Source: Selaginella moellendorffii
Lineage: Eukaryota > Plantae > Lycopodiophyta
DNA: 64,000 nt
Reading direction: 5' to 3'
Assembly (NCBI RefSeq): GCF_000143415.4
Contig: NW_003314270.1
Span: 1,791,048 to 1,855,047 of the forward strand
Each line of letters begins with the position of its first letter. Position 1 is the first letter of the stretch. This document shows, in pieces, positions 49,431 to 61,542 of the stretch. A model generated the notes under the pieces. That model searched no databases. It saw nothing but the letters and a program-made list of their open reading frames with translations, and was not told where the DNA came from. The position numbers and the translations under genes were made by a program.

Positions 49431-50219
49431 TAAATGTTTGTTATTAAGAATTTTTTATTTTAACTTCTTTGAAATATGCACACATCCAAATAATTTTAAA
49501 GAAATATTCAAATTTGTTTATATTAACCACTTGCATTTTATATCAAAATTTGGAATGTTCATGAGGTGAGAAAGTTTTTCTCATCTTCTAGCCATCAACT
49601 TACTGAGATTACAGTTTGCTGGAGGAACTTGCTGGGTGTGGAAAAGAACGGTCTCGTCCGAATCCTCATCATTCTCCAAGACCCAGTGAAGTCGTATAAT
49701 GTTTAAACAAGGACATGAGCACAAAACTCTTAATCCTTTGTGATCAGTGAAAAGTTCCTCTTAGAATCCTCGAGAACGCCTTCATTCCTCGATCGATGGT
49801 GGAGTTTCGGAGTGAAAAAGCCGCGACGAGGAATTCTTCATTGAGAAAGAGCGTAATTCTTCATTTCCTTGGCTGGAATCTGGATTTTGATGAATTCGTC
49901 GCAGGGATTGATACAATGCCGTGAAAGAAATCTAAGCTCGCCTGGAAATTGCCACAGCATCGCAGCGCAATCCGGCATCGCGCTCGGCAGTGGTGAAGCA
50001 CGGCTCCCGGCGGAAGCAGCGACATTCCAGGGAAACGCGATCGATGGAGCGCGGATGGCAGATGATTCTCTGGTGACAAACGACTAGAATTACTCGCGCT
50101 AGTGATTTTCTTCTAAGGTTTTTACCTGGGAGCGATGCATGCTAGATCACCGATCGATGGAAGGACGGCGGCGCTGGCGCCAATGTATATGCATTAGGGA
50201 GGAGCGAAATCTTTGAGTG

Positions 50220-50775
50220 ATGGCGCAGCATCGGCAATCTCGTCCAAGGTTTCTTCGCAGTGCGAGATCAAACAAAGTAACCATGGCCGCTCCAGTGGAC
50301 GATGAACAAGGTGGCTCCGGTGGACGATGAACAAGGTGCATTGGCATTTCTTTCCGAGGTTTAGCTTTCCAAAGAAGAAAATCGCGATCTTTGTTTGTAA
50401 GGTCTTGGATCTACGCGCAACACACAATTGCTGGGCTTACTTCTTTTCTTTTTCCTTCTACTTTTTCTTGTTTCAATGTTTCATTTTCTTCCAGGTTAGA
50501 TCAAAGAACGCTATCATTTTAGCTATGATGGAGAGCCTGAAGGAATTATAGGACGGCTAATCTATGGTGCCATAGAAAATTCTGGTGTGGATGGAGTTAT
50601 GGCCGTTGTTACAAGGTACCTATCATCTTTTTTCCAAACGAAAGACCAAAAGCTAATTGAAAATCTAGGTACTTTGGTGGAACGAAGCTTGGAACTGGAG
50701 GACTCGTTCGAGCTTACGGAAGAACCTGGTTCTCAAGCTTAGCTTTGATCATCTTGGAGATGTGTACCCTCTCGT
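50220..50775 (+). pseudogene. IMPACT/YigZ (UPF0029) family pseudogene with introns
   Basis: EIKQS..APVDDEQGALAFLSE|VLDLRATHNCWAY|..YDGEPEGIIGRLIYGAIENSGVDGVMAVVTR|YFGGTKLGTGGLVRAYG. A 25-bp tandem duplication (50289-50338) shifts the frame. Confidence 0.8.
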
Positions 50776-52799
50776 AAGCATTGGTGTTATTAGTTTTGTG
50801 AATCCAAGCCAAGAGCATTAAAGAAAGCTATGACGAAGACAATGAAAGTAGCAGTGTAGAAATCCAACTCTCAGGTGAGGGGAAGAACCTCAAAGCTCTC
50901 TCACCGGAGGCATCACAATTCAGCGAGCTACAACAACGAAATCCCAGTTATTTTTTTCTCCTTTACTTATAAGGTTTAGAGCTAACTAGATTTCAAAGCT
51001 GATCTTGGATCATATAAAACCTCTCCAAGGATCCGAAGCTCACTTGGTTTGCAAGTTTCTCGTTGCTATTTTGTAGACTTTCCTTGTTCTTTTCATTTGG
51101 TGATTTAGTCTTTGCACAGCTCGCTCATCCAGTGCAGGGATGCTGCCATGCTGATCCATTTGTCAAACAAGGAGCAAGAGATGAAGGCAAGTCTCTCTTC
51201 AATGTTTTATTCTTCAGTTACAAACGTGCTGGCACTTCAGACTCTCGTCCACAATTTGAAGCTTTCTTTGAGGCCTCCAACGCATCAGGTGCTCAAGCAT
51301 TCTCCAGTCTAGCTAGATCTTACAACTTCCATACATGCAGAATGTACACGTACAAAGGTTAGTGTGTTTCATTCAATGGTAACACTATCTCAAGTTGTGA
51401 CTTCCAAAGTCTAGAATTGCAGAAAAGAAGGTGAAGGACCCGATCTTGCTGCTATCCAGTTCACTCTGCACAGTGAAATGGCAATATAGACAAAGTGTTG
51501 TATGGATGAAGAGAAAGGAGGGTTTCTTTCTTTCCCGTATAGGACTTCTTTAGTCATGTCTTACAAGGTTTTGATACATGCCCAGGCTGATAAGATTGCC
51601 TTCTGATTTCAGAACCAATAGAAAATTCTTGTTAATAACGTGAACATTATCTTTGATTTAAAGTGGTACTTTGATCTACTCTTATGGAGTTTTCTTAAGA
51701 AATTATACACTAAACATGAAAGGTTTTGTGTTAATTTTGCTTTTTTCTATCTTGGTTGATTGTTTCAAGTTTTAATTTGATCAACAAGCAAAACTTTTGT
51801 GATGATTTAATTTAAAATTGAAAGCATCATTACATTTAATTTTCTTGAATTCATTCCTCCACAATATCATTATTTCATCCTTTCACTTTTGTTTTTTAGC
51901 TTGAAAATCTTATTCAAACTTAAAAGAAAAATCAATTTCCCAATCTATTGCCTCTAGCTCCTCCTCCTAAGAATCCTTTTTAAGCACAAGATCCTCATTG
52001 TCCATATTCTGGATGATTTAATTCATTTCCTCCTCATCAACTTGAATTTCTGTTGAGCCTTCTTTGTGTTCTGATTGCTCTGAAACTCCTTAAACATGAA
52101 ATTTAGCATCTCCTTGTCATCCATGTCCTTGAGATTTGATGGTAAAATTTCAATCATCTCTTGGTCACTTATTGGACTTTCTGCCACATTAGGGAACACA
52201 ATAAGGGTGTGTTCCTCCTTATTTACAACTTTATTCTCCTCAAGCAATGCCATGATTCTATCCATCTCCATGTTATCAATGTCAAAATCTTCCATGTCCT
52301 CCAAGCTTTATTAGTCTATTAACCATAACCACTCTGACTATCATTGGTTGGCAAACTTGTACTTTTCAACTTGGAACTTCTTGTTCTAATATGCTATGTC
52401 AACTTCTTGAGTGCTTCATGTAGGTGGGCTTTGTTTTTCCACCATAGGTGAATTTTTTCTTCCACTGACTGCAATGGTACTTTGGCTAGCTAATGTTATC
52501 ATTGTTGAAATAGTTGAAATTAGTTGAGTGCTGCTTTTTTAAGTATATTTTCAACTCACTCTATTAGAAAGATGAATACTCAAACAGTGCGTAATTCTGG
52601 AGAAGATGGAACTCCTTTTACACCTTGCTGCTCTTTGCTACTTCTCTATTGAAAGTACAATTGAAACCTAAAATATTTCCTTTTTTACAAGCTTTAAGGG
52701 ATGAAATGGGGTTGAATGTGTTTGAAGTTTTGGTAAAGGGAGTTTTATTAAACATCTTTCAATTCCCACCTTTATATCTGTAGAGAGTGGAGAGAGCGA

Positions 52800-53470
52800 A
52801 TGGAATAGTTGTTGGCATTCACACACAGGGGGAGAGAGAGAGAGAGGTCTGCTCGTTTTGCTCGGACGCTCTCCACGCTCGTCTCCCTCGTCCGAGAGAG
52901 CAATGTAGACGAAGAAGCTGTGCGTTTGAAGCCTCCAGGGCAAGATTGTTCCATCGGTACTCGCCGGCTTCCTCACTGTGGTTCCTCAGGTCGAAAGTTT
53001 TGACCCCTGCCTTGTGTCTACGCACAGCTCCCTCTAGCGCGGCCCTGTAGTTGCCCACGCAAGCCATTCGCTGTTTGAGTCCGAGCTCCGCCGGGAGTGC
53101 CGCCAAGTCGTCCACGCTCACCTTGCGACCGCGCAGCAGCAAGGCACCAGTTCTCTGGACAGTCTAGCCTTGGCATGATCTCCGCTTTTGTGGCGGATCA
53201 TCATGCTTGATGATAGCATGATGATCCGCCACAAAAGCGTAGAATTGCAGCGGCCGCTCCGTCACATCGATAACCGGCGAGCATTCGAGGCTTGTATCCC
53301 TTGGATCCAACGAGGGACGGAGGAATTCTGTCTGGTTGTAGTTCGTGAGGAAGCCATCCACCACGATGCACCCAAACTCCTCCTGGACGAAGCCCATGCA
53401 TTTTGATCTTGCAGTTGTTGCTTGGATTCCCCAGACCACTGCCACAACCCTTTGGCGACAAGACTCTCGA
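52800..53470 (-). pseudogene. Degenerate restriction-endonuclease-like plus kinase N-lobe module (Crinkler-type)
   Basis: KCMGF...GFLTNYNQTEFLR...LECSPVI...FYAFV, then VKTFDLRN...GTILP...FVYIALSDEG, with stops and frameshifts. Confidence 0.55.
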
Positions 53471-53557
53471 CAAGAAGCTGCTGGCCCTGGCAGCCGGACG
53501 AGGAGTAAACTCCGCTTTGCTCAGCGAGAAGGTTTTTGGAGTTTCAGGGTTTTGGGT

Positions 53558-55014
53558 TTAGATGATCCATTTGACAGTCTGCTCCTTTACAATGTCGGCA
53601 TTCTCCAAGAGTTCGTCCAGCTCCTGCTCAGCCCCGGCCTCGGCGCATACCACCACTGCTGTGCTCCTCGGATCATACTCTAGATCATCCTCGTCCCATA
53701 GTTCCTGGAACGATCCAACTTGGCCGTCCCATTGATCGTTGGCAGCCTCAACCGAAGTGCAAACTTTCACCTTCTTCTTCTCCCACTCTGCGAACTTTTC
53801 CTGGAAACACAGCACGATCGAGCTTATGGATCATTTTGGATAGAGTTCTACCTTGTACGCTAGTAGTTCTGGCCTTGGAGCTACGTAGAAGAGCCGGACG
53901 TCCCGCCGCAGCCGTAAGTTGAGGCTACTCACATCGGCATCTTTCGTCTCGATCAATGCCTTGGCCGCGGCTATGCCTTTCCCCTGCGCGAATATCAACA
54001 GCGTTGGATACTGGGTGATGAAAAGCACTGGCCGCAAGTCCATCCCGCTGGAGTCGAGTGGCCCCAGCTCGATCTCATCTCCTGCAACCATAAGAAGCTG
54101 CTAGAAATGAAAGATCAAACCAGGAAACTCAAGAACCTTGTTTCAATCCATAAAACTCCGGTGCTTCCGACTCGGTGACGTGAAGCTGGAGGGGACTCTT
54201 GACGGAGAGGAAGAATTGCGGAAGCTTTTGCGTGCCCGAAGGAACGTCGGCTCTGGCCTTCATGGTGACGGCATGGTTTACTTCCCAGGAGAAGGGAGAG
54301 CTCGACACTGGGACCTTGATGGAGCTCTCTTGGCCAAGGAAGCGAACTTGGGCCATTTGTCCAGACTTTGTGTATGCTTGCTCCCGGGGAATAAACTGGC
54401 ACAGTGATCAAAAGAAACTCGCATGCTACAGTGGTCCCCCAAAAGAAAATCAGGAAGAACTTCCATGCAAAGAGTGCAAAGATAGATCAATGCTTCAAAC
54501 TTGAAAATGCAAAGATGAAAAGTTGGAATGAAATGGAAACCAGCCATGGCAAAGAAACGAATGAAAGAAAAAAAATTGGAAGTACCTCTCTGGAGCACTC
54601 GGCGTCGACAGTGATGCATCGAACACCTTGAGCAACATCCGCGACCTCGATCACAGCAGCAGCACGGAAATCCCGCTCCTCCATGGTGGGAACCTTGGCG
54701 ATCTTGAAAGAGGCGCTCCCTACCGAGTTCGTGACCACGGTGTCGAATTCAGCACCCATTCCCCTGCCAATGTCCCCCGCGCTCGCTCCACCGCTCGGGC
54801 CCTTGCTCACGTCCCTCGTCTCCCTAGGGCCCCTCTTTGGCGGAGCAGCTTCCGCCGCTGTGGATTCCGCCGCTGTCGCCACAATGCAGCAGTAGCGCGA
54901 GACGCGCAGTGAGGAGATCCTGGCGGAGGAGGAGGAGGAGGAGGAGGAGCGCGGAGATCGCATTGGGAGGCCGAGAGGCCATCGCTGCTGCTCGATTCGA
55001 TGGAGAGTAGCCAT
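53558..55014 (-). CDS. Plastid FNR-like FAD/NAD(P)-binding oxidoreductase (pKIWI502-like), multi-exon
   Basis: Transit peptide with poly-Ser; AYTKSGQMAQVR; IELGP...GMDL; LLIFAQGKGIAAAKALIE; VRLFY; LAYKEKFAEWE; LEYDPRSTAVVVC. Confidence 0.8.
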
Positions 55015-55167
55015 CTTAGGGCTTAAGCGTTATCCAGATATTTATGTTTTGTTTAAATCAACGGAATAACAAAAAATGTAGTCAACCTTTAGGGTTTTAA
55101 AGTCAATGGTCAATTGTCAAATTTTTAGCCAAGTCTAAAAAGTTATCAGAAAAGTGAATACATGGGC

Positions 55168-55780
55168 TTAGAAATAACCGTCCTCTCTGTCCTGCCTTTC
55201 AGCGTCCTTGTTCGCAAGTTTGATAGCTCTAAACCATAGGAACGCCTGCAAAGATTGACAATACAATCTCAGGGACAAAGAAAAATGGGAACTTACAGAA
55301 ACTGGGATGCCAGTGATTGAAAAGAAGCCCAGCACCGGTGTGTAGAAGGGACTGTCCGGTTGAATCACCCCAAACACGGGATTTTTGTTGAAGTACTCGA
55401 AAATGGAGCCGACCTGTTTGAGCAAAGCGCGTTGAACAGACTTGGAAATTCAAGAGAGTGTACCTTACAGCAGCAATGGCGACCAAGCACGAAGCCACCA
55501 GATAAACGATGTAAGGCAAATCCTGGAAGCCTTCTGAGGAGACCTGTTTCTTCTCGCCGCTAGCCCAAGGAGGAGGAACATCAGATCCCGGCTTGGCCCA
55601 TTCTGGAACGCCTTTGGCCTCCTCCTGCTGCTGCTCCGAGGAAGACTTCGAAGAATCGGAGGAGGTCGTAGCTGGCCTTCTCGCCAGAGCCAACTTATGC
55701 CTCGAAAAGCCGGATTTTTCCCAGGAATAACTCCTGCTGTGACGAATTCCACCACTGGAAACTTGCAGGCATATCGACAT
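55168..55780 (-). CDS. Conserved plastid/thylakoid 2-TM protein of unknown function, 3 exons
   Basis: PEWAKPGSDVPPPWA, DLPYIVYLVASCLVAIAAVGSIFEYFNKNPVFG, FYTPVLGFF, ANKDAERQDREDGY. Confidence 0.8.
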
Positions 55781-55896
55781 CGAGCAGCCCCTTTGCAAAG
55801 CAAGTACCTAGTTTGGCCGCCAGGATATTTTGCTCTCTTCTCTTCTCCACGAGTTTTTCTGTCAGTCTATTATATTTCTGCTCAAAACCAATGCCA

Positions 55897-56984
55897 TCAG
55901 ACGGTTAATCGCTCAATTTTGACGTTGGGCGGAGCGAGCATGATCATAAGAAACACGGGCACCATAGCCGTGCTCAGGTGCTTCACTGTATGTCCACTTA
56001 CTAGAAACCGAGTCCAGTGATAAACTCTAGAATCGAATGCTTCAGCAAGCTTGGCCAGCAGGTACATACCTGCGAACGAATGAAACACGTTGAGTTTCAG
56101 AAACAAAGGTCGAGAGTTGGTCTCGCAAGCCTGTTTTTTACCTGCAGCCCACATCCAATACCAGGACTGTGTGTATTTCGGAGGCAAAGCGACTGTCATA
56201 GCGGGGATGGCAACCGAAGGAATAAATTGCAGGAGTGCAAACAATTGCATATCGTCAGCGAACCTGCAGACGTAATCTCTATAGATTAGAAGAAGAAATA
56301 AAAGGAGAAAAGAAGTCTTTTGCATACCACCAATATGTTGCCGTTGCTGAGGCCGCTAGCAGCAACGGCACAAACGATTTTGGTCCTTTGAGCTCGTCTC
56401 GTTTTTCCACAACAAAGACAGCTACGATCGATGCAAAGGCATAAGCCATCTGTCACAAGCAAAGCTAGTTTCGCGAAGAAAAAACAATGCAAAGATGATG
56501 GAACTTACTGGCAGGCAATCCCAAACGAAGCGAGAATCACTCGGCCTGAGATGGTAATACGCTGAACCAAATGCCGAGGCCGTGATTCCAACGAAAAACC
56601 ACGTCCATCCCCAGACTTCCCCTTGAGAACTATGATCCTACGTTTAGCAAAGGAAAGGAGAAAGGGAGAAAATCCATACCTGAATCCAAAGTAATTCCCT
56701 TGCGCGCACAGCACAGTTCCAATGCAGCCAATGACGAGGTAAGGGAACGTCGAAAAAACATTCAACGTGTTTGGAAAGCCTGCAGAATAACGAAAGCGAA
56801 GCTTTGACAATGGCGAAGAACGAGGTTGCAACTTACCTAGGAAATTTCTTTGATCGGCAAACGCGTGCTGTGACTGATTCTTAGTGATCGCTGGCGTGAG
56901 CAGCATGAGAAGGAAGAAAAGCAGCAGCGAAGCGCCCCACAACAGCGTCCGTTGATCCTTGTTCTCTGTCTCGGGCAGCCCCAT
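55897..56984 (-). CDS. Alkaline ceramidase-like (CREST family) membrane hydrolase, multi-exon
   Basis: HAFADQRNFLG.PNTLNVFS, SAYYHLRP, WDCLP, SGHTVKHL. Confidence 0.82.
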
Positions 56985-57325
56985 TGCCCTAAACCCTAAA
57001 TCACAAATCCTTGCATCACTAAGAGGTCATGCAATCGTCAAACACCATTTGTCTACGCAAGTCATTGAATTGTAAGGAGTGTGTACTTTCGTATCAAACA
57101 AAAAACTTTCCGAATTTCTCGTGTGGCAAAGACTCACTTCGATTTGTGTTCTAACATCGATCTAGTTTTTTTAAAGCACCCAAGAACAATCTTTGTGTGA
57201 GAGGAATATATCGGACTTCAATCATCAAATTATCAGCAATACAAAGCTTTTTCCATCCAAGTTGAGGGGTCAGTACGGTCATGAACAATGGTCGCCAAAA
57301 CTTTCTAGAATCTAGAACCCGAGAA

Positions 57326-58363
57326 TCACAGCCCGGACAACAATTGCTCCATGTAATCCACGTCGGGCTCTTGGATCTCCACAACCAGGGGAGCTTGCCT
57401 CTTGCTGGACGACTGGGACAAGGAAGAATCTCGCGCCCTCTTCCTCGTTCGCTCTTTTTGAGACTCGATCGCGCTGGTGACGGAGCTCTCGGGCGACGAC
57501 GATTCGGCACGGGCGGCGGCGGCGGCGGCAGGGGTGGCGAGGCGGAGGGGGAAATTGAGCAGCGCTCGCCGTCCGCGCATCTTAAAGGCGGCCTGATCGT
57601 AGGCAATCGCTGCCTCCTCGGCGGTCTCGAACGTTCCCAGCCAGATCCGCGCGCCCTGCTTGGTGGAATCGCGGATCTCCGCCGCGAATTTCCCCCAGGG
57701 CCTCCTCCGTACGCCCCGGTACTGCCTCCGGGGCTGGCTGGCCGGCTGTACGGGCGCCACCGCCGCTGGCGGCACCGCTGCTGCCGCCATAGCCACCGCC
57801 ACCGGAGGCTCTGGCTTCACATCTTGGATTGCTTCGATCTTCGTGGGGGCGGAATCGAATGGGTGCCTGGTGGCCGCCTCCTTGAGCAGCCCATAGAGCG
57901 GCATCTCCTCGGAATCGTTCTCGTTGAGGAAGAAGAGGTGATTTGGGATGCCTGTGTTGATCCGCTTCGATCCCCAGCAGGGGCTCAGCTTGGGCGACGG
58001 CTGCCACGCCGCTGGCACGGGCGATTCCATGAGGAGCGTCTCCGCCGCCATGAGGTAGTCCTCTGTGACTTGCGGCAAGCTCACTCGCAGCTTGCTCCTG
58101 GGGCCGTGATCGCAGCTGGGATTCGAGAGTGGAGTAGCAGCAGCTGGGAATCCCGCGCCGCTGCTCGCATTCTTGTCATCCACTTGCAAGAAGCTCGCCC
58201 AATCTAAGCCGCCATCATCCACGAATTCCTGCTTCACAACGCTCGCCATGCCTCCTCCTCTCCTCTCGCGGAGGCTATCCTCGATCTTCTTGGCCAGGAA
58301 GCTCGACTCGTCCGAGAACGTGAAGAAGTCCGAGCCAATGCCCTCGCAATTTAACATCTCCAT
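57326..58363 (-). CDS. ERF transcription factor (group IX-like), intronless
   Basis: [14 protein letters not shown] motif; [58 protein letters not shown]; C-terminal DYMEQLL. Start codon choice is uncertain. Confidence 0.9.
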   Translation of the reverse strand: MEMLNCEGIGSDFFTFSDESSFLAKKIEDSLRERRGGGMASVVKQEFVDDGGLDWASFLQVDDKNASSGAGFPAAATPLSNPSCDHGPRSKLRVSLPQVTEDYLMAAETLLMESPVPAAWQPSPKLSPCWGSKRINTGIPNHLFFLNENDSEEMPLYGLLKEAATRHPFDSAPTKIEAIQDVKPEPPVAVAMAAAAVPPAAVAPVQPASQPRRQYRGVRRRPWGKFAAEIRDSTKQGARIWLGTFETAEEAAIAYDQAAFKMRGRRALLNFPLRLATPAAAAAARAESSSPESSVTSAIESQKERTRKRARDSSLSQSSSKRQAPLVVEIQEPDVDYMEQLLSGL

Positions 58364-58424
58364 GGACTTGACCTGTGAGAGAGTTAGAGCTCGCAAGCGG
58401 TGAGGAAGAATCGGCGATGCCCTG

Positions 58425-58880
58425 CTCTTATGTACTGGGAGAAATTTGGGCATAGGCTGCCCAGGTACCCGGAAGCTTCCCTCGTCTTTTAGCACGTGGG
58501 GTATAGCCCGCGCGCTTCGTAGGAAGCTCGATGCGCAATAATGTCTGCCACTGGTGGCGTTCTTGGCCACAACACGTGCTCAAGGAAGCTTCAACCGAAG
58601 GACCGGGTCTACCACACGAGGGTGAAGCTTCCGGGAAGGAATATCTATCTAGCTAAGGCTGACGCGTCACCACTTTTGTAAGTTTTCGTACGAGACGTAC
58701 GCAAATTGCTCGCTACCCAGACATCCAAGAAAAAGGTATCTTTGATCTTGGACTTATTGGTGGTCCAACGACGATAGGAAACTATGAAACTACGTCGGTG
58801 CGGTTAGATATTTTACTTGCGTGCGTGCTGAGTGGACTGCGAATCTTTTATTTTCACAATGGAGTAATCTCACGCACGTG
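58425..58880 (-). promoter_or_regulatory. ERF upstream region rich in G-box, CGCG and GAAnnTTC motifs
   Basis: CACGTG at about 58493, 58573 and 58875; CGCG at about 58509 and in TGACGCGTCA (58660-58669); GAAGCTTC at about 58452, 58585 and 58624. Confidence 0.45.
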
Positions 58881-58974
58881 AAAAGCATGTCATTTAGCGG
58901 GTCTCTAGCATCCAAATCAAACACCAAGACCTTGACAATGGAGAGGTTATGACAAGGTGCTTTGAGAAACGTGG

Positions 58975-61299
58975 CTAGCCCTGAGAAACAGTCGCTGGAT
59001 CCTCCACGATTGCCCTAAGCCCAGCACACATGTTTGAGAGGACTACGTGCGTTGCCGAGTGCTTGGGATCCAAGCCGAGCAAATGCCGGGCGATGCGAAC
59101 GCCGCGCTCGCCATCTTTGTGACCCTCGCACGCCGCCAGCAATGCGCTCCACGTACAAACATCGGGCTCGAAGGGCATTGTGTTTGTGAGACTCTCGGCA
59201 TTTTCCAGTTGCCCGGCCCTGCTGAGACTGTCCACCATGAAGCAGAAATGCGTCTTTCTGGGCGAGATTCCGTGATCGTAGATCATGTGAAGGAAGCATC
59301 GCCACCCTTCGTACAAGAGCCCAATGTGGTTGCACGCCACGAGCACACCTCTAAAACACAGGGCATCTGGTTTGACGCCGTGTAGATTCATGAGGTGGTA
59401 AATCTCCATGGCATCGACTCCCATCCCAAAGTTCGCGAAGGCCGCGATCACGACCGTCCACGACATCAAATGGCCGTTTTCCGGAATGGAATCGAAGAGC
59501 TTCTTGGCGGCCACGAGGTTGCCATTCTGCGCGTAAGAACCAACCATGCCGTTCCACGCCACCGCATCACGGGCGGGCATATTCTCGAACATTGCCCGTG
59601 CCTGCCCGAGCTGCCCGCTCATCGCGCAGAGCTGGACGATGCTCGTGCAAGCAACGATGCCGTGCACGGGCATGGCGCCAAAGATGTCGTACGCGTTCTC
59701 GGGATGGCCATTGTAAATGTACGCGTGGAGCATTGTGGCCCAAACGACAGCGTCCATACGTGGCATCGTCTCGAATATGGCCTTGGCCTCCTCCAGATGC
59801 CCATTAAAGGCAAATGCAGATAACATAGTCATACACGACACAGTGTCACACTCAGGCATAGAATCAAATCCACGCTTGGCTTGTGCCACAAGGCCGGATT
59901 GTCCATACGCCTGTATCATAGACGTAGAAGCGACAATTCCACGCTCGGGCATGGAGTCAAAGGTGGCTTTGGCAGCGTCAACGTAGCCATTCTCGGCATA
60001 TGCTTGTAGCATCGCTGACCACGTAACAAAATCTCTCCCGTTCATTGAGTCAAATATTGTCTTGGCACGGTCAACGTCACCTCTGGACGCAAATATGGTG
60101 ACCATTGCAGTGCACGAAACGGCGTTCTTTTCGGGCATAGAATCAAAAACAAGGCACGCAAGTTCCATTTGCCCGCAATCGGCATATGCCTGAACCATTA
60201 TAGTCCACGCCACAATGTTCCTTTCGGGCATTGCATCAAACAGCATCTTTGCTCGCTCCAAATGACCACTGGAGGCATATGCCAAAAGCATTGATGTCCA
60301 GGAAACCAAGTTACGCTTCGGCATTGTGTCAAAGATGTGCTTGGCTTGCTCGAGGTGGCCATTCTCGCCGTACATGGCGAGGATGGCCGTCCAGGCCACT
60401 ATGTTCCGTACGGGCATATTGTCAAACATGGCTTTGGCGGTCTCGATATTCCCAGCTCGAGAAGATGCTAGAATCAAGCTTGTGCATGAGACAACTCCCC
60501 ACTCCGGCATCGAAGAAAAGATTCCTTTTGCCTCTTCCAGACGACCACTCTGGGCAGCTGCTGCGAGCATCGAGTTCCAAGAGACGACGTTCCAGTGGGG
60601 CATTGTTTCGTATAAAGCTTGTGCTTGATTCATTTGGTTTGCGTCGATAAAAGCTTGGAGCATTGTGTTCCATGACACAAGATTTTTCTCAGGCATTGAA
60701 GAAAAGAGCTTCCTTGCTTTCTCTATATGCCTGGAATGGGAATATGCGTGGATCATTGTCGTCCATGACACAACATTTTGCCCTGGCATGGAATCGAACA
60801 CCACCTCTGCCTGTTTGAGGCAGCCGTTCTTAACGTACGCTGCCAGGAGAGCATTCCAGGAGACGATGGTCCTTTGAGATGCCGGGAATCTTTCAAACAT
60901 GTCCCTGGCTTTGTGGATATACCCTCTTTGGGCATATGCCATGGCCATTGTCGTCCACGAACAGGAATCGGGGGCTGCGATGCCATCAAAGACCCGCTGA
61001 GCGTCGTCCAGGCTGCCACACTTGCTATACATCTGGAGGAGCATATTCGCCAGGGATCTATCCGATCGGAGGGCCTCATTGGAGGCGATGAGCTCGTGGA
61101 TTCGCTTCCCTCGAGCAATGTCGTGGTCATCTCCACACGCCTTGAGAAGAGACGCGAGGATTTCTCCCGAGCACTGCGAGTTACTCGAGATCAAAAACTC
61201 CGAGACTGGAGGCTTCTTCTTGTTCTTCGCGAGTGATTCCAATTGGGATAGATCCAGCGCTGTGCTACCGGGAGAGATTCCCTGCCGCGTAGCGCCCAT
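58975..61299 (-). CDS. PLS-class PPR protein with about 16 consecutive 31-aa (SS-type) repeats and an E motif, no DYW
   Basis: Intronless 774-aa ORF; repeats of the form RNxVSWxxMLxAYAxxGHLEEAKxxFDxMPE; P2-L2-S2 (HFCFMVDSLSRAG) and E (WSALLAAC...HVVLSN). Confidence 0.93.
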   Translation of the reverse strand: MGATRQGISPGSTALDLSQLESLAKNKKKPPVSEFLISSNSQCSGEILASLLKACGDDHDIARGKRIHELIASNEALRSDRSLANMLLQMYSKCGSLDDAQRVFDGIAAPDSCSWTTMAMAYAQRGYIHKARDMFERFPASQRTIVSWNALLAAYVKNGCLKQAEVVFDSMPGQNVVSWTTMIHAYSHSRHIEKARKLFSSMPEKNLVSWNTMLQAFIDANQMNQAQALYETMPHWNVVSWNSMLAAAAQSGRLEEAKGIFSSMPEWGVVSCTSLILASSRAGNIETAKAMFDNMPVRNIVAWTAILAMYGENGHLEQAKHIFDTMPKRNLVSWTSMLLAYASSGHLERAKMLFDAMPERNIVAWTIMVQAYADCGQMELACLVFDSMPEKNAVSCTAMVTIFASRGDVDRAKTIFDSMNGRDFVTWSAMLQAYAENGYVDAAKATFDSMPERGIVASTSMIQAYGQSGLVAQAKRGFDSMPECDTVSCMTMLSAFAFNGHLEEAKAIFETMPRMDAVVWATMLHAYIYNGHPENAYDIFGAMPVHGIVACTSIVQLCAMSGQLGQARAMFENMPARDAVAWNGMVGSYAQNGNLVAAKKLFDSIPENGHLMSWTVVIAAFANFGMGVDAMEIYHLMNLHGVKPDALCFRGVLVACNHIGLLYEGWRCFLHMIYDHGISPRKTHFCFMVDSLSRAGQLENAESLTNTMPFEPDVCTWSALLAACEGHKDGERGVRIARHLLGLDPKHSATHVVLSNMCAGLRAIVEDPATVSQG

Positions 61300-61542
61300 G
61301 AAATGAAGATCCCATGGAATGCTTCGAGCGCGCGAGCGGCAAAAGAAAAGGTTTGAATTTGAAAATTTGTGTTAGGCAATGGACACGTTACACATACACG
61401 TGGAATCTTAAAACCCTTGGATTGCAAGGCTAGGGCTACCATTCGCGCTCTCTCTTGGCGGAGCTGTGGAGCTAGGGTTTGAGAGCGCTTGCCCCGGATT
61501 CTCTCGCGATCTGGAATGAGATAAATCGCGCGGCGCTGGCTC
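61300..61542. promoter_or_regulatory. Probable bidirectional promoter between PPR and ABC1K
   Basis: 243 bp between divergent ATGs; telo-box-like AAACCCT (61411) and TAGGGTTT (about 61472), G-box CACGTG (61397). Confidence 0.5.

Noticed and set aside
52023-52304. Acidic 93-aa ORF
   Set aside because: No recognisable domain and flanked by in-frame stops; probably TE debris, family not assignable.
56509-56523. WDCLP instead of the usual WDRLP in the ceramidase-like gene
   Set aside because: Single substitution; the Asp and His motifs are intact, so no functional claim can be made.
57281-58207. 308-aa plus-strand ORF
   Set aside because: Antisense shadow of the GC-rich ERF coding sequence, with no motifs. 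The same applies to the many ORFs antisense to the GRAS, MFS, FMO and PPR genes.
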